64,000 nt of DNA from the IMG/VR virus record IMGVR_UViG_3300027771_001853, positions 1 to 64,000 of that record. The stretch is one strand, 5' to 3'. Below are positions 13,201 through 19,025 of this stretch, piece after piece. The translations under genes were made by a program, and so were the position numbers. The notes beneath the pieces are model-generated. The model was given only the letters and a program-made list of their open reading frames with translations, had not been told where the DNA came from and searched no databases. How positions within the stretch are numbered: position 1 is the stretch's first letter; the number at the start of each line of letters is the position of its first letter.

Positions 13201-15066
13201 AACTTCTTTTTCTTGTCTTTTACAATCACACTCTTCACCACTAAGTTCACCATAACCATCTTCATCACAATCTTCATCCCGTGCAAAAGAGGTAAATTCT
13301 CCTTTATAAGTTATATAATACCTCATAAACTCATCCGGCACCACTAAATTATCTGGTGGACCATCATAACTTTGATTCAAATGGTTTAAAGTTAACCATA
13401 CTACTTGTGCTGATTCTTTTTGGCCTCTAGGAAAACTAAAATACTGAACTAGGACATCCCAGAAATTGGTGAATGTGTACTTTCCTCCACGTCTCCTTTC
13501 CATCATTTTATAGACTGTTTTTAGGATAGAGTGTAGTTTTGGGTGGGTGTATCCGTTGTATGATAAATCAGCTTCATTTAGGTTTCCCTTAGTTTTAGTT
13601 CTTTCTAACTCAAACTCATCATCTTCCCAGTCATTCTTTCTTTGTTCACCCTCGTCATTATAATCAGAAGCTCCTGTGTCTACTAATTTAATTACGTTTG
13701 GGTACGTAGGTTGTTTTAGATATTCGGTAACGGGAACTCCTGCACGTTCTAATTCTTTCATAAAATTATAAAGGGTGTAGTAATCTTGTTTTAAGGTCCC
13801 ATTAATCATTTCACCTCTTTCGTCTGGTGGAAACTCATCCATACATTTTCCCAGTCCAGATTCGTCAACACCATCCTCACCACAATAATGTTTAAACTCC
13901 TCAACTATATCTTCATATACATCAAATAACAATATTGCGTGTACCCAATCTAAGTTTGTATTATCTATTATCTCTAATCGGTCGTTGAGTGTTGGTAATC
14001 CAGCATCATCTATTACTCTTTTAGTGTCTTCCCATTCTTCCTCCTCTTTATTAAATTTGGTGATGGAATTACCTCTAAAGTCATAGTGATATGTGTCGGA
14101 CCAATCTACACTAGAATTTAAAAGTCCTAATTTCTTTCCATCATGAACTGCATCTGCAACAGTCTCCAAAGCATCCTCAAAGTTACCACCTGGTCTATTA
14201 AAACTTTCTACATATGCTGATGGGTGATAGGTGTTGTATAAGTTACTATATAACTGGTTACGGTATTTAGGCCATATAGACGTTAAGAACTTCTTAGTTA
14301 GTTCAGTTTCGGTTGACCCTTCAGTTATCTTTTGTTTTATGTCTTTAGTTTTTACCCATTTAACTTCACTTTCTACCAGGTTAAACGTTTTTGGGTGCAT
14401 GGTAACAGATTCTAGTAGGGTATCACTTTCGTTAACTGTGACTGGCATCCCACCATCCTCAAAACCAATAACTAATAAAGATTCATTTAATAAATCACTG
14501 TTAGATTCTAATTTAGTTTCTATTATTTTTACAGTATCACCAACATTAACTACGGGATTTACCACTTCGTTGGTTGGGCTTTCTTCTAGATATTTTAGGT
14601 AATTAGCCCAATTTAGTTCTGCCTTTGCTGAAGATACCTCATCTGGGTCTTTGTCATACCCACCTTTACGGTTTTCTTCTTTTTTATCTGGGTCTTGTAA
14701 GTGATGAGTGTATTCGTGTAATAAGGCTTTAATGATGTCTTCTTTATCTTTCATATTAGGGTAATATACGAATATCTTATTTTCATATACATCGTATTGT
14801 GCTTTTGACGTTTGACTTTCTTCTCCTTCCATCTCTGGAATACCACTTAATCTAGCATAGATATCCTTCCATAATTCAACTGTAGGTGTTCCATCCACAT
14901 ACATACTTTTACCTAAGTCGTTTACGATATGTGGGTACACTTTATCTATAATATCCTGTACAACGTATTGTTGGTCGATATCGTACTGTAATTCTGAGTC
15001 TAATATTTGTTTATTCATTACTTTTTTCTTATCTTTGTATTGTAGTTCAACATACAATAAATACAT
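4258..15066 (-). CDS. Giant 3602-aa modular protein (putative virion-cargo polyprotein) with two HExxH zincin-like domains, a PAP2/haloperoxidase-like domain and repeated modules
   Basis: Uninterrupted ORF; HEYTH and HELVH; KYHYNRPRP/PSGH/SRxxxxVHYPSD; four tandem LxPxLxxGD repeats. Confidence 0.85.
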   Translation of the reverse strand: MYLLYVELQYKDKKKVMNKQILDSELQYDIDQQYVVQDIIDKVYPHIVNDLGKSMYVDGTPTVELWKDIYARLSGIPEMEGEESQTSKAQYDVYENKIFVYYPNMKDKEDIIKALLHEYTHHLQDPDKKEENRKGGYDKDPDEVSSAKAELNWANYLKYLEESPTNEVVNPVVNVGDTVKIIETKLESNSDLLNESLLVIGFEDGGMPVTVNESDTLLESVTMHPKTFNLVESEVKWVKTKDIKQKITEGSTETELTKKFLTSIWPKYRNQLYSNLYNTYHPSAYVESFNRPGGNFEDALETVADAVHDGKKLGLLNSSVDWSDTYHYDFRGNSITKFNKEEEEWEDTKRVIDDAGLPTLNDRLEIIDNTNLDWVHAILLFDVYEDIVEEFKHYCGEDGVDESGLGKCMDEFPPDERGEMINGTLKQDYYTLYNFMKELERAGVPVTEYLKQPTYPNVIKLVDTGASDYNDEGEQRKNDWEDDEFELERTKTKGNLNEADLSYNGYTHPKLHSILKTVYKMMERRRGGKYTFTNFWDVLVQYFSFPRGQKESAQVVWLTLNHLNQSYDGPPDNLVVPDEFMRYYITYKGEFTSFARDEDCDEDGYGELSGEECDCKRQEKEVVRPDGSIVEVECDENEINLNIQDDDCECVEYYTLTTEVYFYPYNHVEVLCIPDVDMSTTHDYDDILMMLDEGTDGNFLIFDEQTDDYTDEDEAQIWEHFPDNKQGEVVEFEEENEGDTVYYLGIFLKSLVGVKKERFNGEGERMLEQDSKQIKMWPTGEFKYPVGHLDDDEIKHVEDSLPDNMVEVIFRQWDKRGVDVGVLKLLGLTEGIDLLMSMLLKRYIQFSQTPIPVSYTLNCDDLSNLFEIEIGKDEYIKQYLCGDDEFNETEDWFNFEWDTYMTDQIDESNWKTISSIFGGVSQEVAEHILSEQPQNEEEEELIEKYEGEIDDIQHYILWANNDESTYATLNAMGNDIEDKLAEHFQEYGKINRDDNGRISWTINSDLRDWINDKWDNTEDVFEYHTDYIGETIESIMINDMHSHEINATALFGMLVEEEFMMGEYCEGKRGECLQVDTRWYDGYWQPDYDINETLSDRLTELTYEPDLSDEQKLTQSQHEKLPGASGHSIVEQEDWSADKHHDEELINQINSETHPFTNFELSILKMLYRNFTRTELQDLTTETPHNYGSANKYFKYLKLFGITKANNFDDNAKHSQFAKLALDNWDKATEDGDYKDISAPIRTPLKWYTVTRDESGSQVEYKRGEVTLLAYDENDATDKGNDEFWDWGGETEVTDYGDYESYDTEVTGVEFLKLMERIDKWLDEKPMILTEANTGDWLTPDNEGDDKESEDYSIYEPLTNNEVKILNFITKIFTKDKLNYIISNLEIPDDEWIKNIKLFGIPTQYDGGYYASSTRFAKWAIDNWNEGCYAAEDVPCDYSEVGTAIKTYPLKYEVQATNSYWQKTWESGTIEINAYNSQDATDTAQNHWYDYDVDMEPYEWGDTDDHELEIDNTKKIAILKEDSDVFGQGMLEPSDPEDFEGEDSEWEKIVSDVEDDVERNNPESEYVYTGGKTDAIKGYVAPSSEVTDNICKVKGFCSAQGPITFGQLRELVEEATRKRITGDMGRGLFKTIWRIVPFFIPQILLAAVGVTATRAINKIITPALKDTKGYKSWWGKVVLKAMDIAEGDYIPDVAIGDDPLGKVFFISDGLLQMIRDKYKLKFARYVSDVASNEPDSRPVPDWFVENLLRNYLNQKFLLDPPLPIKQGVEEKELKESRRFRTYHNQDWKEKIINQESQLSGKEVKHKRLASFVDGTTHVIPVMLDVGSLKHVDSGMDRSTWNTLGREHIVRTEITFTIVNPYIYEREFSKSLWKKNITVIDYDLVWTDIADAGDSPEYTYNGEIAWLTSELDRSALRFKINETLFNDYFKLYGIDEGRLSQVSNDELNELGSSLNEEEISKIIQNDPKKTQDLLFNFWRKMGPTLDKNKLKLLGINMGNLEERSVVWDNLKEYYGDEELSNIVKDRLEGLQDQWQYEYIVSDIFNYNNGDVSVNVVVNGDTELPVSFPDGTVQDISLWEISELGEDGYEEQLNYVYEEIEEDLRSVLIGLPVDLTLDHIVFSEPGKFDEGLGNESSKYYDGNRRNMDEQTDEQPGLSPELTYGDTILIVDVDRERENGTTTYNVPSEQMRPAKYTPYTVVDKESNGHKSKWRWRYTLVPEDKLDEYEESLDSGYGDYEGYEKLLYPWIYEWILTNTPRANGVDRLTLSEHNQPELNPKLEVGDVIRVIDIGMASEWMPDKWGKYKVEEVMNEKWSGNGDGTDTYDLVPLDVNCEELMKCDYLRHIKRMYQEDTWIKVGKTIKEHKETKLNPELEVDDIIRVIDVEDRSIGRDESIPERFGVYRVIEIADSHYTNELHVDYRRYYYLEPAEPLKPGYNIHSSPKRLYQGDTWIYAEPPQAITEHKESNLNPDLMVGDEIIVVSTEGIHDFGAPELYKPYVVVGIKYNHNASDPNRRDNRPDYDNPYYQIEPLGITDEQRTGAMLAGGGRAKPLYIFPKDSSPQTFPQSGRADQWILRKGFLRGELNESLNDLVFRDEPKDKHKRRMGKDLGSLNGFPINNFKNIPPPQNESDTTEEELDYLDTIKVDSELVESADNVDKHFKIFLNSKQLEYPTNEIKEVMNGVRAIVLKLKYHYNRPRPWQIANAKGLTLDSETLQSASTPSYPSGHATQGRFIGRYLSDLYPEYGNELKQIGEDIAYSRNMAKVHYPSDSAFGKLLGDELYDYVYQTQEELELSESQIDIIDTTHPYSEARYNDFVDFVKNELGIKNSPPIKVEVEPTSEYTTGYYNNKKEIVKVRGYQRQLADILRSIAHELVHHKQKEDGLIDKPHPEIGGPIEDEANSLAGRLVKSYGKLFPEIYSQLQEQYDKPEDKKNIDLTTQLFDALDNSFGIYPHPEGELDYDGGKMQLYSYDHEGFVPIEVLYQTIPGMVERGVPQEEADLMVNILTDWVNSRMTFKEPQLNEQIENKNIKVRTMFDNGKVKVVVPLNKESFCSLISESVCGGLGDHFIKKLLNTGTIYITEEQEGYRRKTHIMHHQGKVPFLRDKPFYSFYEKLGNSLKYLEKVEFKRYLSDKPELAKFFNVEFDEREKIKFNMIRTSEDIKGFMNSTNNTTSNSDKSSNDTFLKSIYGIMVNEEKRGVTNQEDIYDTLEDFTGEDTTISYDNEPNPYGYSSSLDQIHITDNGVEIRMDKNRYVEDVLLLTDDDLYFYEVGRDTNTYDHPYEDVEETEVDYTAVHWSKDTLANWNKVMELTGNEEYIQQNSRDAGEGDILDPMKRIGGGDVTEVLNDIISALGYGIGAHRASEMSKHISDELLFEDDFYMDKTIVKLSWLQLLWIIKMFGVTNFSEMLKEPWNEIESNLSDIYYDGYGYEDDVGEEINTLMNNWLLHELEDEDSLRRGKNNNIKFMEILKRLGFKRRNGQAREPDFGLEDVLSGGNVFFVDKVGKNQINIMDYDGKTDDTLIKISMQISDEPVGKEDDDVDRPDPKFTEVETDSSVKQWTVNRRIKTDDLETYVNADNSELKEMIPPDKWYQGVGRYGLEYL
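7320..8635 (-). repeat. Four tandem ~95-125-aa SH3/KOW-like modules inside the giant ORF
   Basis: LSPELTYGDTILIVDV, LNPKLEVGDVIRVIDI, LNPELEVDDIIRVIDV, LNPDLMVGDEIIVVST, each followed by P-x-x-[YWF]-x-x-Y-x-V. Confidence 0.75.
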
Positions 15067-15110
15067 CGGAACTACAGCTATTTTTATAAATATTAACTAA
15101 TACACATTAT

Positions 15111-15545
15111 ATGGATTTATATCTCTTCGATTTCGACAATACTTTAGTTCAAACCCCTTATCCCGACTCTATATATTATATGGACAGAAAAGAAAGTTTA
15201 AATGATTCCCGTTGGGAATTTAAAATTAACCAAGAAGTAAAATCATATTATGATAAAGCTAAGAAAAATAATAATAATAGGGTAGTCTTATTATCTAATA
15301 GAGTTAGGGAAGTTGAAAAACCTTTAAGGGAGTTACTATCTAGACTTGGGTATGTGTTTGACGATTATCTTTTAATCGAGAATGGTGAGAGGTCTAAAGC
15401 TAAAAGACTATTAGACTACTTGGAGATTATAGATGAGGTGAAGAACATTCACTATTGGGAAGATAAAGATAAACACATAAAGGACGTTTCAGAAAATGTA
15501 CCTGAAAAGTATGGTGTTGGTGTGACTGTTCACAAAGTTACTTAA
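15111..15545 (+). CDS. HAD-superfamily phosphatase (RNA-repair/PNK 3'-phosphatase-like)
   Basis: FDFDNTL (DxDxT) motif I, LSNR motif II, WED motif IV. Confidence 0.75.
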   Translation: MDLYLFDFDNTLVQTPYPDSIYYMDRKESLNDSRWEFKINQEVKSYYDKAKKNNNNRVVLLSNRVREVEKPLRELLSRLGYVFDDYLLIENGERSKAKRLLDYLEIIDEVKNIHYWEDKDKHIKDVSENVPEKYGVGVTVHKVT

Positions 15546-16227
15546 CCTTCTCTATTGTTTCGTGAGGTCTACTAGCTAAATCGTACGGACTATCATTGTT
15601 AACGACCCACACATGATTAAACTTATCTACCATATTACCTATATTATCACTAACCAATTGGTGGTAACTGGTTACCATTTCAGGTGATAGACTCCTACTC
15701 CTTTTTTCATTTCTTTCATGAGCTACACCCAAACTAGTTTTAACATAAATTAAAGTAGTTTCGTAACCATTGTCGTTAGCTAACCTCCAAACATCTTCCA
15801 TAACTTTTTGTTGTCCACCCCCAGCATCAAACACCACATTGGGTAACTCTTTCCTATCTTGTTCTAAAAATTGTTTAAGAAACCTAACCGTTACATTTCT
15901 AGGGTCAGAGGTGGTGAATGATTGACTAAGAATTTCTTGATATCCTTCTGGTGTGGATATGTTAGCTTCCCAATTATCACCCCATAGTTTCTTTGCTAAC
16001 TGAACTCGGTAGTTATCAACATTAAATTCTTTTATGTTAGGTAAATCTATTAGATTTCTAGAGACAAAACTTTTACCAGCACCTGGTCCACCAACTACCA
16101 CTATAAAATTATTATCTAGTCTATCAAACCCAACTACTTTAGCCTCAGTCATTAATATTTTTTCAATCTGTGATTCCGTCACCATAATATTAAATGGACC
16201 TTTCTTTTTCTTAATTAAGTTCTTCAT
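15538..16227 (-). CDS. P-loop kinase (AAA_33/zeta-toxin/PNK-like)
   Basis: VVVGGPGAGKS Walker A, VVFD, RNEKRSR lid. Confidence 0.8.
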   Translation of the reverse strand: MKNLIKKKKGPFNIMVTESQIEKILMTEAKVVGFDRLDNNFIVVVGGPGAGKSFVSRNLIDLPNIKEFNVDNYRVQLAKKLWGDNWEANISTPEGYQEILSQSFTTSDPRNVTVRFLKQFLEQDRKELPNVVFDAGGGQQKVMEDVWRLANDNGYETTLIYVKTSLGVAHERNEKRSRSLSPEMVTSYHQLVSDNIGNMVDKFNHVWVVNNDSPYDLASRPHETIEKVK

Positions 16228-16864
16228 ATTTCTCCGATACTTTATCCCAGTTAACCACCTTCCAAAAGTTGTTTATATATTTTTTTCTATCCGACATGTA
16301 ATTTAAATAGTAAGCGTGTTCCCACACATCTAAACCCAATAATGGTTCTCCAAGATTATCCATTAAGGGGTTGTCTTGGTTTGGTGTGGTAACTATTTTA
16401 AGTCTACCGTTTTTTAAAACCAACCAACACCAACCAGAACCAAATACTTTTCCAGAGTCTTCATCAAATTGTCTTTTAAAATTATCTAAACTACCAAAAT
16501 CTTTATTTATCTTAGTTTTTAACTCTTTAGATAGTTTTGTTTTATCTGGTGTTATATAATCTCTAAAAAATAAACTATGGTTATAATAACCACCAGCATT
16601 ATTTCTAGTAAATGCATCATAACTCTTAATGCCTTTAATTATCTTTTCGATATCTTTGGTGGGATTTTTTCTTTTAGATAATGCTTCGTTTAGTTTAGTC
16701 GTATACCCTTTATAGTGTTTATTGTAGTGTTCCCACATTGTTTCATAACCCACAAAGTCTTTTACAGAATTGTAGTCGTAAGGTAAAGTAACTCTTTTGA
16801 AGAATGTTTTCTTAGCTTCTGTTAATAAAGTACTTCTTAATATTTTTTTAATTAAATTATTCAT
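16211..16864 (-). CDS. sodA: Fe/Mn superoxide dismutase (Mn-type signature) with N-terminal extension
   Basis: HYNKH, NAGGYYNH, FGSGWCWL, PNQD, DVWEHAYY. Confidence 0.92.
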   Translation of the reverse strand: MNNLIKKILRSTLLTEAKKTFFKRVTLPYDYNSVKDFVGYETMWEHYNKHYKGYTTKLNEALSKRKNPTKDIEKIIKGIKSYDAFTRNNAGGYYNHSLFFRDYITPDKTKLSKELKTKINKDFGSLDNFKRQFDEDSGKVFGSGWCWLVLKNGRLKIVTTPNQDNPLMDNLGEPLLGLDVWEHAYYLNYMSDRKKYINNFWKVVNWDKVSEKYEELN

Positions 16865-17526
16865 CACCATTTTCTACATGACCAATACCTAGCTTTCCAT
16901 TTTGGGCCAGGTGTATCACATTTATGTCTCGCTCTAAAAGATTTTCTTGCCTCTGGGTTGGACTTTCTTATCTTCATAGTCTTTTCCCCTTTCTTTTTAG
17001 CGGATGTCCCACCATGACCAAAGTTAACTTTAACCACATTACCTTTATCATTTTTAACATACACTTTAAACTTCTTAATATCACCCCTTGTGGGTTTATT
17101 AAGTGTTACTTTTCTTCCTTGGTACTCCGCTTCTTGCAATATACTTTCAGTTTTGAAACCCTTACAAGCAGCTGGAGTCGGTCTACATCTTGGTTTCTTT
17201 CTTTCTTCACCCTCACTTCTACCACAAGCTTTACATTTACCATCATTACAGGTATTACAATCTACCCAACCACTAGTCTTACCTGGAGCTCCTTGTCTTT
17301 CAAACCAACCATGTAATCCTTTATCTTTTTCTTTAGAGAAATCTGTTTTTTCTTTTATGTCTTCTTCACTTAGCCCTTTCCATATTTTACCAGCCCTACA
17401 TTTTACCACAGCTCCTGAAGCATAAGCAGATGGCCAAACATCGTATTTTCTTTTAGCTATACTAGTACACCTATCGTCCTTTTTCTTTTTAGTTTCTTCT
17501 AGTATTCTTTTTATTATATCTCTCAC
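16864..17526 (-). CDS. Basic two-module phage protein (probable virion component)
   Basis: MRDIIKRILEE leader; internal ILQE before AEYQGRKV...KKFKVYVK...SFRARHKC module. Confidence 0.7.
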   Translation of the reverse strand: MRDIIKRILEETKKKKDDRCTSIAKRKYDVWPSAYASGAVVKCRAGKIWKGLSEEDIKEKTDFSKEKDKGLHGWFERQGAPGKTSGWVDCNTCNDGKCKACGRSEGEERKKPRCRPTPAACKGFKTESILQEAEYQGRKVTLNKPTRGDIKKFKVYVKNDKGNVVKVNFGHGGTSAKKKGEKTMKIRKSNPEARKSFRARHKCDTPGPKWKARYWSCRKW

Positions 17527-18398
17527 AAACTTAAATTTTTATACTTATTTATTACTTTTTTTAATTCTTTACTATATCTAGAATTACCCCATTTAATAAT
17601 TAAGCCATCTAAATCATCAAGCACGTCATTTTCTTCAGGACTTGGCCCAACTGTTTCTGTTATTGGGGCTTCTTCTTTTTTAAATCCTTCAGGTCCTTTA
17701 CCTGAACCGTAACCACTATCTGGGTAAATAATTTCATATCCCTTTATGTCTTGTTGTTCTCTACCTTGTCCTTCCCATTCGATAATATCTTCCTGATATC
17801 CCTTGTCATGCGACCATTCCCAAGAGTCATATGTACCATCCTCATCATATACGACAGTATCTTCCGCATCATCTTCATCGTAAGCCACTACTGTAACTTC
17901 CCATTCAATACTTTTATAGACCTGCACATTTTCCTCCATAGATAAAGTATATCTTTTTAGTGCTCTTAACTTAAGTTGGTCGTATCCGGTTATGGTGTTA
18001 TTTTTTAACCCATCAAAGTTATCGTGTGCTGCCCAAAATATTTTGTCTATTAGAGTACCATAATCTGTGCTTTTTGCATCTAACCCTATTAATTTAAGGA
18101 CGTTCAATGCCTCACTTTGCCGTTCCCATAAATTATCCCCAAGCTGAGTTCTACTAGAGAACCAATCTTTGTCATGTGCATTTACTAACAATTTTACACC
18201 TTTAAAAAATATATTTTTAGTTATAGTAGTAGTACTATACTTTTTATCCGTACGATTAAGCGTTCGGGATGTGTATGATGTTGGTGGGACCATATCATTT
18301 GAAGGCTCGGAGTCATAGTGAGGGTCGGCCCAAGTTCCACTACCCATCATCGTATCATCTGTTTCTTCTCGTAATACAGTTTTAATTATACTTTTCAT
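17523..18398 (-). CDS. Hypothetical protein; free-standing paralog of a giant-ORF module
   Basis: LKLIG..WAAHDNF..LKRY..VVAYDEDDA matches the module in 4258-15066. Confidence 0.75.
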   Translation of the reverse strand: MKSIIKTVLREETDDTMMGSGTWADPHYDSEPSNDMVPPTSYTSRTLNRTDKKYSTTTITKNIFFKGVKLLVNAHDKDWFSSRTQLGDNLWERQSEALNVLKLIGLDAKSTDYGTLIDKIFWAAHDNFDGLKNNTITGYDQLKLRALKRYTLSMEENVQVYKSIEWEVTVVAYDEDDAEDTVVYDEDGTYDSWEWSHDKGYQEDIIEWEGQGREQQDIKGYEIIYPDSGYGSGKGPEGFKKEEAPITETVGPSPEENDVLDDLDGLIIKWGNSRYSKELKKVINKYKNLSL

Positions 18399-18403
18399 TA
18401 CTA

Positions 18404-18410
18404 ATAAATA
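18404..18410 (-). promoter_or_regulatory. Phage TATTTAT motif (putative late promoter)
   Basis: Same heptamer precedes many genes; 5 nt before this ATG. Confidence 0.55.
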
Positions 18411-18448
18411 TAATCAAATAATGTATGGTATTAGAAAAATAGATATTT

Positions 18449-18670
18449 CTACTCAGCTAATTTAAATTCTTTATTGATGTGCCCACATTTAGTACATTTA
18501 TAAGTCTCCATAGGGACCATACTATCTTCCGTTTCTAAAGTTATTAACTTAGATACTCTTCTAATCATTAATACTTTGTCAAAATATTTGCTTTCACACC
18601 CTTCTGCTTCACATTCTACAGCTGTAGTAGAACTCATATCAATTTGTCTTGGTTGTCTGTTTAAATCCAT
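18449..18670 (-). CDS. Zinc-ribbon protein (paralog of 50034-50294)
   Basis: CEAEGC...PMETYKCTKCGHIN. Confidence 0.7.
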   Translation of the reverse strand: MDLNRQPRQIDMSSTTAVECEAEGCESKYFDKVLMIRRVSKLITLETEDSMVPMETYKCTKCGHINKEFKLAE

Positions 18671-18930
18671 GTTTTATCTCTAATTATTTTTAATTTTTTT
18701 AAATTATTACACTTATCGTATTCTTCCCTATTTTCAAAGTAAGAAATGAGTCTGTTTATTGATTTATAGGTACTATCTGGTTTGGTGTCTTTGTGGTCCG
18801 CATTAAATTCTAGCTCCCAATTATCAACACCACCAATTAATAGTTTATAAGCACTATTCATTGATTGATTTTCTCTTTCAAATTCGTTTAAATTGTCATC
18901 ATTTTCTAAATATTCTAAATCTAACCCCAT
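18661..18930 (-). CDS. Hypothetical protein with UVR-like EEYDKC motif
   Basis: YFENREEYDKCNNLK; host-type promoter immediately upstream. Confidence 0.65.
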   Translation of the reverse strand: MGLDLEYLENDDNLNEFERENQSMNSAYKLLIGGVDNWELEFNADHKDTKPDSTYKSINRLISYFENREEYDKCNNLKKLKIIRDKTWI

Positions 18931-18937
18931 AATACTT

Positions 18938-18945
18938 CAAATATA
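18938..18945 (-). promoter_or_regulatory. Bacteroidota -7 promoter element TATATTTG
   Basis: Matches TAnnTTTG, 7 nt before the ATG at 18930. Confidence 0.6.
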
Positions 18946-18990
18946 TAGTGTTGTGCCCATAAAATCAATGATTTTATTCCTTCTGGAGTA

Positions 18991-18998
18991 TATTTATA
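18991..18998 (+). promoter_or_regulatory. Phage TATTTATA motif (putative late promoter)
   Basis: Upstream of + strand gene 19026; orientation follows the gene. Confidence 0.5.
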
Positions 18999-19025
18999 TT
19001 AGAATTAAAACTAAAATAATATATT

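Noticed and set aside
4258-15066. Inteins or tape-measure protein as the explanation for the giant ORF
   Set aside because: No C...HN-[CST] splice motifs or LAGLIDADG motifs were seen, and the composition is acidic/aromatic globular rather than Ala/Gly-rich helical
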